This document shows, piece after piece, positions 27,341 through 40,844 of a stretch of DNA of 64,000 nucleotides. Origin of the DNA: Octopus sinensis (Eukaryota); assembly GCF_006345805.1 (NCBI RefSeq), contig NC_043022.1, forward strand, positions 8,928,001-8,992,000, in the 5' to 3' direction. A program made the position numbers and the translations under genes. The first letter of the stretch is position 1. The number at the start of each line of letters is the position of its first letter. The notes beneath the pieces were generated by a model, which was given only the letters and a program-made list of their open reading frames with translations, searched no databases and was not told the DNA's origin.

Positions 27341-27506
27341 ATATGCTACTGAAGCTTGAATCACTAGCATTTGGGACGATATTTTATATAAAAACTTTTT
27401 ATTATTTAGTTGGTATTTGGAATATAAACTGTACCTAAAAATCAAAACAACTTTTTCTGGAATATGATTTTATACCAAACAAGGCTTGAGACAACTATAG
27501 TATAAA

Positions 27507-28140
27507 GGATTACACAGAAAGGAGAAAAGGGGCCTACAGATTCAAAAGATGTTGATTGACAGAAAGTTTAAAGCACTAAATATCATAGACCAGAGGAAAA
27601 CAAAACGATGGTAGTGAGTTCCTGAGAGTATCAGTTCAAGGAAAGAAGCTGTTAGAATAAAAGAACTTAGGGTAAGAGGAAGCTCAGTAGAGAAACAGTG
27701 TGTCTGAGAAGAGAAGCATGTGATTCATGTGAAGGTGTGGAGGCACATGGCCTAGTGGTTAGAGCAGCGGACTCACAGTCGAGGGATCGCGGGTTCGAAT
27801 CTCAGACTGGGTGATGTGTGTGTTTATGAGCGAAACACCTAAGCTCCACACAGCTCCGGCAGAAGGTAATGGTGGAACTTCTGCTGATTCTTTTGCCACA
27901 ACTTTCTCTCACTCTTTCCTCCTGCATCTTGCAGCTCACCTGTGACGGACCGGCGTCCCGTCCAGGTGGGGAACCTATATGCCAAGAAACCGGGAAACCA
28001 GCCCTTGTGAGCCAGGTATGGCTCGAGAAGGAACAAACAAAAACAATAAACACGTGAAGGTCTTGACAGAAGGTACTAGACTGAGCAATAACCATGGAAA
28101 CACTTATACAAAAGGCACAGAGTTGATACATTTTGACAGG
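27507..28140 (-). mobile_element. Second copy of the same LINE fragment, opposite strand, interrupted by SINE D
   Basis: Reverse-complement similarity to 27060-27340 on both sides of the SINE. Confidence 0.7.
27737..28050 (+). mobile_element. tRNA-derived SINE family D
   Basis: A box TGGCCTAGTGG, B box GGTTCGAATC; TSD catgtgaaggt/cacgtgaaggt (27726-27736, 28051-28061); (CAAA)n tail. Confidence 0.9.
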
Positions 28141-28457
28141 GAGCCAAAGACTGTAACTTAGCAGAAAGAAGAGGACCCATCATGTCAATAACTCAATTCT
28201 GAATTCATTCATGCAAGTTTTATTGAATTTTGCTAAATTCCTTCAAATACTTGATTATTTTCTAAATTAATTGAAACACATGGGCAGTCTATTTGATTAG
28301 GAATAGGGTAGCAAATAGGTTTTAAACTGGTCTTTAAGGGGAATCAATACAAGAAGGATTTCTCAAATTATTATTTTATTTTTGATAATTTGAAAAGTCG
28401 TTATTTTGTTTCTATTCTGATATTAATGAAAAGGAAATGGCCACATAAGTTACTACA

Positions 28458-28700
28458 CTATCTTTTGCTGATATCCAAAAGATACTGGTAAAATATCCTT
28501 TTGCTGTCCAGAAAGTACTAAAATATCCTTTTACTGATATCAAAATGATAGTAAAATATCCACTGGCTGATATCTAAAAGATAGTAAAACATATTTTCAC
28601 TGCTATTGAAAAGTTACAAAAATATCCTTTCTTTTGATACCCAACTATTAATGAAACCTCATTTCATCGATATCCAAATATCTATCCAATATCTTCTTTT
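28458..28700. repeat. Degenerate ~33-bp minisatellite with palindromic unit
   Basis: Approximate unit aaaatatccttttgctgatatccaaaagatagt, ~6-7 copies. Confidence 0.75.
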
Positions 28701-29360
28701 TTCGTTGTTGATAAATTTGTATGAAAATAGATTCATTTTACAATATATTATTGATTTATCTTCTTGATTATGACCAATATCTGTTTTTGTAGAAGTGGTG
28801 GGGGTTTGTTGATTATAAATTTGGATTGAAACATGGACAGCCATGGATTGGTAGAATTGGTTGAATAAAAGACAAAATGCCTTGCAATAGTGGAATCCTC
28901 CCTGTTATGGAAACATTATGCTACATGGAAGTCAGAGGGAAAATATGTTTCATATTACAGAGGCACAGGCATGGATGTGTGATTGAGTAGCTTGTTTCCT
29001 AACCATGTGGGCTTGGGCAAGTGTCTTCTACTATAGCCTTGTGAAGGGATTGATAGACAGAAACTGAAAGAAGTCCTATAGGTGTGTGTGTGTGTGTGCA
29101 TGCGTGCGTGCATGTGTGTGTGTGTGTGTGTACCTTTGTCCTGACATTATGTGATGGTAGTAAACAAGCATCACTGTCATACAAGCAATGTCATTTGTTT
29201 CCAGTCATAGAAAAACATGGTCTTGGTCACTGTCAAGCATTAATTTGCTTGGAAACAGGTGAGGGTTGGCAACAGGAAAGTCATCCAGCTGCAAAAAGAT
29301 CTGCCTCAACAATTCCATCTGACTCATGCAATCATGGAAAAGTGGAAGTTATATGATACT

Positions 29361-29588
29361 TATTTCTTTATTGCCCACAAGGAGCATAGAGGGGACAAAC
29401 AAGGACAGACAAAGGGAATAAGTCGATTACATCAACCCCAGTGTGTGACTGGTACTTAATTAATCGACCCCGAAAGGATGAAAGGCAAAGTCGACCTCGG
29501 CAGAATTTGAACTCAGAACGTAACAGCAGACAAAATACCGCTAAGTATTTCACCCGGCGTGCTAACATTTCTGCCAGCTCGCTGCCTT
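29361..29588 (-). mobile_element. SINE family B1, full length
   Basis: TSD gttatatgatact/gttaaatgatact. Confidence 0.9.
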
Positions 29589-30316
29589 GTTAAATGATAC
29601 TGATGATGATAATTCTATGTTAAAGCAAAATCTTCAGGAATACAACACTTCCATGATGTGAAGGTGCTTATATTACATTCTGGGGAGATGTATTTTTCAT
29701 TTCATCCTTCTAGGGGTGGCAGGGGCACTAAAATAAGCACCAGTCAAGAGCTGAGATCAATTTAGTCAATCACACCCTTCCTTGGGGGTTAAGATACCAT
29801 GAAGGGAACCTCTTGAATCAACATGGTGGAGGCCTCTTGAGTCAATAAGGAAGCCTATCTTTGTTCCTTTGATTTGCTAGAAACAGCAACCCAATCTCTC
29901 TCAAATCAAATCCTACTGTCTTAAAAGAATGACAGAAAGACACATTAAATACTAGAGACATTGACAAGCTATGATTGAATAAACAACAGGATAGCCATTG
30001 CCTAAGTGAGGAAAAGAAATTATTGAATTGGAAGATTCATTTAGAGCATTGGATAAAATATATTGCTTATACTTTTGACCCCGTTTATGTTGTGAGCTCA
30101 AATTCTGCCCAGGACAGTTTTGTTTTCATCCTTCCAGGGTCAATTATTTAAAGTACCAGACAAATATTAGGGGTTCTATATAATCATCTATTCTCTCCCC
30201 ATTCAAAAATCTAGTCTTTTATCTGCATAAAGAAACTTGTTTTTTCAATAAATGTGCAGGGTGACAATTAGTTTGGCATGTAATTGTTCAGGGACTGTGT
30301 ATTGCAGATTTAGAGG

Positions 30317-30545
30317 TTAACATTTTAGCATTCAGATCTCTTTGTCAGATGTATTGCTTATTTATTCATATTGTTTTGAATTAATAACATGTAATTTTGT
30401 AGCTTTAAGATATCAATGGCATGTTTTGTATATTTTTAGAATGACATTGTTGGGTAGGTGCAAGAGTTTGGATCTGGGTAATTTTAACATAAAACAGGTA
30501 GCATATTTGGGCCAGATATGGCTGGATTAAATGCTAAAAGATTAA
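30317..30545 (-). mobile_element. TTAA-flanked (piggyBac-like) MITE family 1
   Basis: ttaa-cattttagcatt...aatgctaaaaga-ttaa; other copies 32477-32620 (partial), 35357-35576, 35913-36096. Confidence 0.7.
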
Positions 30546-30654
30546 TGTTCAACTGTTATCACATGTGAGATGGATCAAGATATCAGCTAAGATTATCGTC
30601 ATCATCATAATCGACACCTGGACATTACTGTCTCAAGTTCTAGGATTTATAAGG

Positions 30655-31068
30655 CTTGCACCTGGTTGGCACTTGTGCCCGTGCTAGTAGGGTGCCAAGA
30701 GCACCATCCGAGTGTGATCATTGCCAGACAGCCTACTGGCTTCCATGCCAGTGGCACGTAAAAGGACACCATTCGAGCGTGATCGTTACCAACGTCACCT
30801 TACTGGCACCTGTGCTGGTGGCATGTGTAAAAGGATTCAAGCAAGGTTGTTGCCAGTACCGCCTGACTGGCCCCCGTGCCAGTGGCACGTAAAAAGCACC
30901 CACTACACTCTTGGAGTGGTTGGTGTTAGGAAGGGCATCCAGCTGTAGAAACTCTGCCAAATCAAGGTTGGAGACTGGTGCAACCATCTAGTTCACCAGC
31001 CCTCAGTCAAAATCATCCAACCCATGCTAGCATGGAAAGCGGACGTTAAACGATGATGATGATGATGA
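30655..31068 (+). mobile_element. SINE family C
   Basis: Internal repeats then aggaagggcatccagctgtagaaac..catggaaagcggacgttaaacgatgatgat. Confidence 0.88.
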
Positions 31069-32623
31069 TAAGTGATTCAGATTTCAACATTTCTCCTAAA
31101 CAAGATTCCAGTCCCTCACAGGGTTATTCATTTACAGTTGAATGAACTGAAGCAATGTGAAATGATGTGTCTTGCTCAACATTCTGCCCAGTCCAGAAAT
31201 CAAAACCAAGATCTTGTGATCATAAATGCAACATCCTAACCACTGGACCACAAGAGTATCAAGAAGATCAATTTAATTAATTACAATCAAAACTTGTAGT
31301 CTTACGACTATACTAGAAATCAATATTTCATATTTTTGCTTTAAAGAAATCTACAACAAAATCAATAAGTCCTCTCCTCTCCTTTCTCCTTTAGAAGCTT
31401 TTAAAATTTAGTTCAGAGACATGGGTTTGGTGGTGGTTGCAGAGTGGGGTCTAAGACTGGTCACTGGAAGAAATTTGATCCAATACTGATCCAATATTTT
31501 TCTCTTTCAGTCAACTTACAGTCAGTATTTCCCAATATAATATTGATAATTTTCACTGTTTGTTGTTGCTGTTGTTATCATTACTGTTCCTGCTGCTGCT
31601 ATTGTTGTTGTTCCTGCTATTGTTGGTGTTGTTTGACCCATATATCAACCCTTATTGAATGGACTTATGGTCAACAATACAGGTGACAAACTGGCAGAAT
31701 CATTAGCATATAAGATGAAATGTCTAGCAGTATTTTTTCTGGCCACTCACATTCTGAGTACAAATCCTGCCATGGTCAACTTTGCCTTTCATCCCTTCAC
31801 AATCGAAAAATTAAAGCAGCAGCTAAGTGAAGTGGTGAGTTTAATATAACTGATCTGTCCTTTTCCATCAAAGGTGCTGGTATTGAATGCTACAACACTG
31901 GTGCCCTGCCCAGGAGAGTGTTACGATTTCAGTCACTTACATGCCATGAAAACTGGGTAACTTGCCTTATGAGTCCTAGGGTTAAAAAAATTTTTTTAGA
32001 TGGTCAACATTAGCATCCCAGCTTGACCATCTTGTCTTTTCCTATGTGCAGGAAACCTAAAATCATATTCTCCAATGTTACCTTCTATTTTTTGTTTGTT
32101 TTTTCAGTCATGGTTGGGTTAATTTTAAGGAAGATTTGGCTGTTATTTCATGCAGATCGAGTGATTACATAGAGGTTTCTTGATTGGCTGAGCCATACTC
32201 TTTCAATATAATAAGGTTTTTAACACAAGCACAAGACAAGAGAGTAGTTAATTATTCTGACCTTATTACTTGACTGGTATCATAGTTTATCAACCCCAAA
32301 AGGATTGAAAGACAAGGTTGACCTTGGAAAGATTTGAACTCAGAATATAAAGACCTGAAACAAATATTGCTGAGCATTTTCCCAATGCTGTAACAATTCT
32401 GGCAGCTGTTTTGTGTTCAAGTTCTTATATGGAAAAAGTTTGTTTTTCAAAATTTTCAAGTTGTTTCTGCTGATGTTTATCCCTTTAGCATTTAAACTGG
32501 CTATATCCAGCCCAAATATTATACTTGTTTTCTGGCCAGATCCAGCCTCTCACACCTATCCTACAATGTCATTCTAAAAGTATACATTCACATTATCAAA
32601 ACGTCAAATTTATGAGATAAATA

Positions 32624-32694
<71 letters not shown>

Positions 32695-32699
32695 ATGTA

Positions 32700-32928
32700 T
32701 CTATGTATGTGTGTGTGTGTATGTTTGTGTGTCTGTGTTTGTCCCCCCAACATTGCTTTGACAACAGATGCTGGTGCGTTCATGTCCCCGTAACTTAGCA
32801 GTTCGGCAAAAGAGACCTATAGAATAAGTACAAGGCTTACAAAGAATAAGTCCTGGGGTCGATTTGCTCGACTAAAGGCGGTGCTCCAGCATGGCTGCAG
32901 TCAAATGACTGAAACAAGTAAAAGAGTA
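32700..32928 (+). mobile_element. SINE A1 3' half
   Basis: Begins at the internal (TA)n/(TG)n tract and ends in gtaaaagag. Confidence 0.85.
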
Positions 32929-34497
32929 TAACTTTAAAAAGTGGCCATCTCTATCTCTTCAAATCCAGCAGCATTTTGCATAGAATTCTTAGTCCTCCAA
33001 AGTCATCTTGATATATAAGTCAACATGCCTTTTTGGGGCTGTAAGTTTCAGTCTAAATAATTCAACTTGTATGCCAGCAAATGATAGAAATAAATTGGTT
33101 CAAATAAGAGTTTGAACTCAAAACATTGTCTTAACTAACAAGTCAAAATGAAACTCAACCATCCAATCAGATTCACCCAATCTGTAAATCTGTAAACTAC
33201 TCCACTGTCTAGAGCTCCTCCACTGCTCCTATTTCCCAATATAAAATATTTAAATTATCTACAAACCTCCAATATAAAATTTTAATCTCATTGCTACAGT
33301 GCATACAATCAAAAGATTTTGACTTTTTCATCTTTTATGTTGGAAATTTGAGATTTTTCCAATATCTAAGAATAGGAATTATTTTACAGATGTAGAAACA
33401 ATACCCAATAGCATTTCTTGGTGTTTTCAACAAAGAAATGAAATCTAATTTATCATCATTAGCTTTTAATATTATTCTTTTTCATTCATATTATTTTGTA
33501 TGTGCGTATGTGCCTGTCTACATATATATATATATGAATGTGTGTGTGTCTCTCTTTCTCCATCTCTTCCTCTCTCTCTCTTTGTCTCTCTCTCTCTCCA
33601 TATACACACACATACACACTCTTATATATATGTATTTATCATGTGTGTGTGTTAATTTCTTTCATCATGCTAATCAAAAGTTCGGTCTGATATTCTTTAG
33701 TCTGGTCGAGTTTAGTTTAGTTTTATCTGTATTATACCAATACCCTCTCTATCTACCTATCTAACTATCTCTCCCCCACTTCTCTCTCACTCCAATTATC
33801 TCATTCAGTATTAGAAAAAACAAAAAAAAACAGATTATTTTTCCTTTTAACATTACTTGATTTGAAGTTGTACGTGTTAAAACAAAATTATCAGCATTAG
33901 CTGTATACATATTTCACTAAACATTATCTTTATCATGTCAAACAGCGAAAAATAGTTCTTTGACAAAATGTCCACTGATTTTTTTCTTTTTTTTTTTATA
34001 TTATTCTTATACAACAACAGAAATAGAAACAAACTGGCTATCTAACAACTGAGGCATACATGTTAATATGTCTGTGTGTGATATATATCACGCATGCGTG
34101 CACACACACACACACATATGAGTGTATATGTATATCTGTATATATCTCACACACGTGCACATATATACATCATCATTTTAATGTCCACTTTTTCATGCTT
34201 GCATAAGTTGGACACAGTTTATTAAAGCAGGATTTCTACAGCCCGTTGCCTTTTTTTTTTCTTGCCACTCCTTGCTTATTTCCAAATAAGGTATCTATTC
34301 CTTCATAGCTGGACTTGCTCTTGCAGAATATTGGAAATGAAGGAAATTGTATGACAGTGACATTCATTTCCAACAATCTCATGATGTCAAGTCAAAGAGA
34401 CACTCACTCACATGCACATATATATGTGATGAGATTCTTGTTGTCTCTATCAAGTTTTGATCAGCCAGGGGATATAGTAGAAGGTACTTGACCATGG

Positions 34498-34700
34498 GAC
34501 CAAAAGGTGGCAAGCTGGTATTTCGTCTGCCGTTACGTTCTGAGTTCAAATTCCACCGAGGTCAACTTTGCCTTTCATCCTTTCGGGGTCAATTAAATAA
34601 GTACCAGTTATGCACTGGGGTCAATATAATCGACTTAATCCGTTTGTCTGTCCTTGTTTGTCCCCTCTGTGTTTAGCCCCTTGTGGGTAGTAAAGAAATA
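34498..34700 (+). mobile_element. SINE family B1, 15-bp TSD
   Basis: TSD ggtacttgaccatgg at 34483-34497 and 34701-34715. Confidence 0.9.
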
Positions 34701-35576
34701 GGTACTTGACCATGGTGCTATGCACTGGGTTTGAACCTGAAACCATGTGGAACCAAACTTCTTAACTGCATTAGGCATGGCTGTATCATATACTGTATTT
34801 TTTTGGTCAACTATTGTGGTCAATTAAGACCAACCTAGCACTTTGTTCATTTGTCTATCCTCATGTAGGATCTGAAGTCAAATGCCCAATGGTGGCCACA
34901 TACTGGAAACACGATGAAATGCCCTGCTGTGTTAGTTGTAGCCTTCATTGACACACACTTCCACTTGGCTGAATTGTCTTACATTTTCCTAGGCATACAG
35001 ATGGATGAGTAGATAGAAATATAAGCATTTTACAAATGAAAGAAAAGAGCACTCAGCACATTGTGGCAGTTAAATATTTGTATTAACAGTTCCACTGTAA
35101 TCTTCATTATTAAAAGTTTCACAGATGCAAATGAAACAAGGCTGGTTGTTTTGATGTTTAAAACAAGCAAAGGAGGCAACTCCTATGGTTATCAGCTAAT
35201 CTAAATTGAAGAGGAATAAAGACAATGTAATGAGGACCAGGTCTTGTCTTTAAAGACAATGCACGAAAGCAACAGACATGTTTCAGTTTTGTTTAGTCTC
35301 ATCAATGGGACCAAATCTTGATATTATTGAAGTTGTTTGTTGTTGTTTTTTACATTTTAAGCCTTTGACATTCAAACCAGCAATATCCAGCTTAAGTATC
35401 CTACTTATTTTATGTCCAAACTATCCAGATCTGACCTTTCATACCTACTCAACAATTTCGTTCCAAAAATAAACCATAACATGATCGAAATCTTGAAGGT
35501 ATGAAATAATACATGATCAATAGAAAACAATGTGAATAAATAAGCATTACATTTGACAGTAACCTAAATTCTAAAA

Positions 35577-35911
35577 TCTCTATATATACAAACGGCAAAA
35601 TGTCAGTGTGTGTGTCCTTTATACAAATCCACAATTTTTCAGTTAGAGGGCTCACACTTTCTATGGTCATTCAAAACCGTCCAAGGGTGGTCGTGCACAT
35701 CTTTACATTCCCCATTGAAAAATCAATAGAAGTGAATTTTCTATCCAAAACCCAATCAAAATGCCCGAAACTTGATACGCCAATTGAATGCCAGCTAGCT
35801 GTATGTGATTGGTCAGAAATTTGGACAGTACTCGCGTGTATGTGTGCATGCACGCAGCTGTATATGCACGCACTAGCACTATGACCTGGCAACGCCGGGT
35901 CATGGTGCTAG
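35577..35911 (+). mobile_element. Non-autonomous Helitron family 2
   Basis: A|TC...CTAG|T ends; terminal hairpin 35872-35912; homologous to 4885-5264. Confidence 0.85.
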
Positions 35912-37426
35912 TGAATAATATTCTACTTGTTATATGTTCAAACACATCAGACACCTACCCTACAATGTCATTCTAAAAACAAATTATTATATCATTGAAA
36001 TCTCAAAGCTACAAAATAATGTATGATTAATTAAAAACAATGTGAATAAATAAGTATTGCATTTGACAGAGTAATCTATGAATGCTTTAGGGGTAAACAC
36101 CCTTTACTTTTTGTGTATTTAGTATACCAATACATCTCGGGGGTATTTTCCTCTCAGCCTTGTTGCTTATGTTCATAATCCACATCAAGTCTTTCCCATC
36201 TATTTCCTTTTACATTAATTAATCACTTTTCCATGTTGCCAAACTGATGAGATCCAACAAGTTTGAAACACAGATGTTGTTTTCACCAGTTCAGTTTTTA
36301 AGAACAAGATTCATAACTGGTTGTAATATCTTTGTTTTCTCAAAAAGCATGTGGAATAGTAATATTATCAGAGTAAGGTGGCAAGCTAGTGGAATTGTTA
36401 GTATGCCATTCCAAGTATTTACATCCAAGTTCAAATTCCACTGAATTCAACTTTGCATTTCATCCTTTGGGGGTTGATTTAATTAACTTAACCTCTCTCC
36501 CGAAATAGCTGGCCTTGTGCCAGAATTTGAAGCCAGTATTATCAGAGTGATCTCGATTTTTTAATATTTTCTTTAAATTTTAAACGAGTCTAGAGAGAGT
36601 ATTTATCTTCTAATTGCAAACATAATCTCAACTGGTCAAATTTTTTAACTCACCCTATTACAGATGTGAGAACCTTACATACATGTATTTAGCATGCAGA
36701 ACTCTCCTATAGCCTTTTTCTCTCATACTTTACCTCTCTCTACTCCTAATTCTCCTAGCATGAAGTTGCTACACACGTGCGCGTGCGCACGCACACACAC
36801 ACACACACACACTCACACACACACACACACAACAGCATGAGCAAATTTGGATTAGATGTTTCTACCATTTTCAGTCTTCATTTTGCTGCATCACTCATCC
36901 TTCCTCTTTCAGTTTCTGCCTACGAAATTCACTCACAAGGCTTTGGTCAGCCCAGGGCTACAGCAGGTACTGAACCCAAAACCATGTGGTTAGGAAGAAA
37001 ACTTCTTACCACACAGGAATACTTACACCTATAACTATCATAACACCAGGCATCAGTAAATCATGACAGTACACTCTTCTCCACTTTGTTACCTTACAAA
37101 ATTGCTATTGCATTTTCTCGGAGGCCTGTATAGGATTGACTGAAATCAGATCAGAAGTGGATTAAATGCTTTTTGATATTTAGTTACCTCCCTTTATTTT
37201 GTGAGTTCAAATCTTGCTTGGGTCAGATTTGACTTTCATGCTTACAAAATAAAGAACCAATCAAAAACTGGGCTTTATAGCCACAACAGTTCCCTTCTCC
37301 TTTCCCTTCCCTCAAAGTTGTGGCCCTGTCCTTCGGTTATGATTCAATTTAATTATATATACATACAGTATGTATACTGTTACATATATATATGTGTGTC
37401 TATGTGTGCATGTGTACACTTATGTA

Positions 37427-37457
<31 letters not shown>

Positions 37458-37565
37458 TATATATATATGGATGTATGTATGTGTATATATGAATGTGTAT
37501 GTATATATAATATGAAATATTTATATGTGTATGTGTCTATATATAAAGACACACACACATGCATG

Positions 37566-37607
<42 letters not shown>

Positions 37608-37751
37608 ATGTATGTATGTGTATATGTGTATATATGTATGTGCATGTGCTTGTATATATATATGGTATGAAATATTTATATGTTTGTCTATATATAAAGA
37701 CACACACACATGCATGTTATATATTTATTTATATATATACACACACATATC

Positions 37752-37782
<31 letters not shown>

Positions 37783-37795
37783 TTCTCTTCTGCAG

Positions 37796-37906
37796 GTCAA
37801 CAGAATAATACATCAGAATTTATTCAAAACTTTGATAATTTGAAAGAAAATGTGCGACTAGCAAGTAGCTGTGATTGGCAGAATATTGATGTTTCTCATT
37901 TCCAAG
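37796..37906 (+). CDS. Candidate internal coding exon (111 nt, phase 1-1), product unknown
   Basis: Acceptor tttatttctcttctgcag, donor AAG|gtattt, open frame (G)QQNNTSEFIQNFDNLKENVRLASSCDWQNIDVSHFQ; unique island between microsatellites. Confidence 0.5.
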
Positions 37907-37943
37907 GTATTTCAATCTACTTATCTTGTATTTTCATTATATG

Positions 37944-37978
<35 letters not shown>

Positions 37979-39021
37979 ATGCATATATGCGTACATACAT
38001 GTACATGTGTGTGTGCACTTATATTTCTATAACAGCTCATATATATATATGTGCTTGTATGTACAAGCATATATAGATGTGTGTTCATATACATGTGTGT
38101 ATGTATATGTAGACACACACATATATGTATATATGTGGTATATACGCATGCACATACATTATATACATAGATATATATATGTATATGTATATAATATATA
38201 TATGTTATATATACATATAACATATATATATACATAGATATATAAATGTATATGTATATAATATATATATGTTATATATACACATAACATATATATATAC
38301 GTATACATATATATATATATGTTATATATACATATAATATATTTATATATATATATATGTATACATACACACACACACACACACACACACATAGTTATTA
38401 GTCTTTTATGCTTATCTTTCGGTGATTTGTCTTTCAACTGTGCTTCAAAGTTAGTAGAGTTGGTTTTTTTTTATATTTTTGTCTTATTTTACTTTTCCAG
38501 TTTTTGTATCATCAGTCACTCATTTTTTTCCCTCTTCTTCACCTTTTCACCTTCAAATTTGTCATTTCTCTGCTGTTTTTTGGCTTTCGTTTTTTTTCGT
38601 CTTTTTTGTAATCCTCCACCGCCCCTGAGAAAATTTCTTCCCCAATTCACCCTCATCATTTATTCATTTATCTTCTTTTTTTTTAATATATTTTTTGTTT
38701 GTGTCTTCAAAGTAAATGTCATAGATTTCACACTGACATGGGCTTTTTTTCTTATATATAGGGGCTTTTTTTTATTATTATTATTATTTTATCTTCTTCA
38801 CCCTACTTTACTTTCCTCATGCAAATGGAGAGAGAAACAGAGAGAGAGAGAGAGAGTAAGAAAGAGGGAAAAAAAGATTTCTCATGACAAAACCCTTCTA
38901 AATCAAATATTGCTTAAAGATATTATTATATTATACAATGTTATTTTTATGATTTTTCCATTTTGTTTCTATTATTTTTTATAGTTTATATATTTTATTT
39001 TTATGTTTATATTTATTATTG

Positions 39022-39072
<51 letters not shown>

Positions 39073-39789
39073 TATTATTATTATTATTATTATCAATATT
39101 ATTATTATTATTTCTTTTGTGTTTTGTTTTTGGATGATGGGTAGGAAGAAATGTGAGGTGGGGCAGGTGGGGTGGATATGGTAGTTCAGTGGTTTGTGGC
39201 ACCATTGTTAAAGACACAAAGATTCTACTTAAAATATTCATATTTCAAAACACTGTACTTTGGATACAAATATATAAAATATATAACAAAAAAAATGGAA
39301 ATAAAATAAAGGTGAAAATTTTTTTTTTAAACTGTGATAGAAAATTCCTGATGTATTTTAGATAAAATAAATTAAAATTTTCCTCGGTCTTTTTATTTTT
39401 ATTTTTCATTTTTTTTGCAAATATAGTTTTATAATTTTATTTTGTTTTTTCTTTCAAAATCTAATTCCTTCTTACAGTATGTAGTATTTAATACTTGCAT
39501 ATAACTACACAATCTCTAACGTTTATGTAGACGTCATGTCTTTTACTAAGTATTTAGATAGTATATTTATTTAGATGTTAAGTATGGGTACTGACCACTA
39601 GGTCATGAGTTCAAACTTTTACTGCTACACACATTTTGGTGAGTGACTAAACAAAATACACGAAACACCGGGTAGTATCTAAAATTCTGGAATCCAAGAA
39701 ACTTTCTGCTTACAATCAGACCAACAACAGCTCTTTTATATTTTTGTATTCAGCCTAAACAAGGCAAAAGTTTTATACATCAGACTGGA

Positions 39790-40285
39790 GGAAGGAACCA
39801 GCATCCTTCAAAAGGGCTAAGTGATGCCTTATAAAGGGCTAATGATAAACATCTGAAGGGCTATATACAGCCTTTTGCATTGCAGGGTGCAGCTTTATGA
39901 ATTGCTGAATGTGGCCCACAAAAGGTCCAAGTGTAGGCCTCTTAAGAGGCTAAGAGTGCACTCATGAAGGGCTAAGTATGGCATAATGAAGGACTGTATG
40001 TGATCTTCTGTGGAACTGATAAATATACCATACTGAAGGGCTATGTGTAACCTTATGAAAGGTCAATTGTGCCCTTTTGAAGTCTAAGTATGACCTTCTG
40101 AAGATATAAGTGCAGCCTTATGAAAAGTTAAGTGTGACTTAATAAAGAGTTAAGTGTAACCTTATGAAGGGTTAGATGTAGCTTTATGAAGGGGTAAGTG
40201 TAGCCTTGTGAAGGCCAAAGTATGGCCCTCTGAAGCTCTAAATGTGAAATTCTGAAAAGTTCAGTGTGACCTTACTAAGGGTTAA
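39790..40285. repeat. Degenerate 22-bp minisatellite, ~21-22 copies
   Basis: Approximate consensus tgaagggctaagtgtagcctta. Confidence 0.85.
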
Positions 40286-40844
40286 CTGTTACAAAGGGTT
40301 CATGAAAACTGCACAATGTTATAATTGAAGATATTTTAGTTAATTTAATTTTATTAAAAGCTTAATATTTTCAACTAATTGCAAATTTTAGAAGCAGCTA
40401 TTTATATTTCTTTATCAATAATTGTAATTACTTTAAACAATGTAATTACAAAATTCTGGGAAATATGTGTTTAATTTTATTTAAAACTTAGAAATTTTAT
40501 ATTTAAAGTAAATGTGTTTAAGTATAGAAATTTGAAGAAATTTTGAAACCAAAGAAAATTAAAAAAGGAAATGGTTTGATGATGCACTTCAAAAACTCCA
40601 CCTTTTCTGTAATTTTTAAAAAATAATTATATTTTCGAAATAATAATAGGTTTAGTAATATGATTTTTTTAATGCAATCTTGTCAGATACCAGTTGACTT
40701 CAATGCAACTTTCTGACATAAAATGGTCCTTACTGCTACATTTATTTTGTCTCTCCTCATGTCAATGAAACTTATGGATGATATTCAATGATCTTTCCTT
40801 TATATGAAACACTGGTTTCTCTATCATTTACTTCTGATTTAAAA

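Noticed and set aside
27737-27810. Functional tRNA gene
   Set aside because: tRNA-like head of SINE D; no proper acceptor stem, and it continues into a SINE body with TSD
38319-38984. 221-aa hydrophobic ORF resembling a membrane protein
   Set aside because: T-rich low-complexity DNA producing F/L runs; starts in a microsatellite and has no recognisable motif
39790-40285. CRISPR-like array
   Set aside because: Contiguous degenerate units without unique spacers, no cas genes, eukaryotic context
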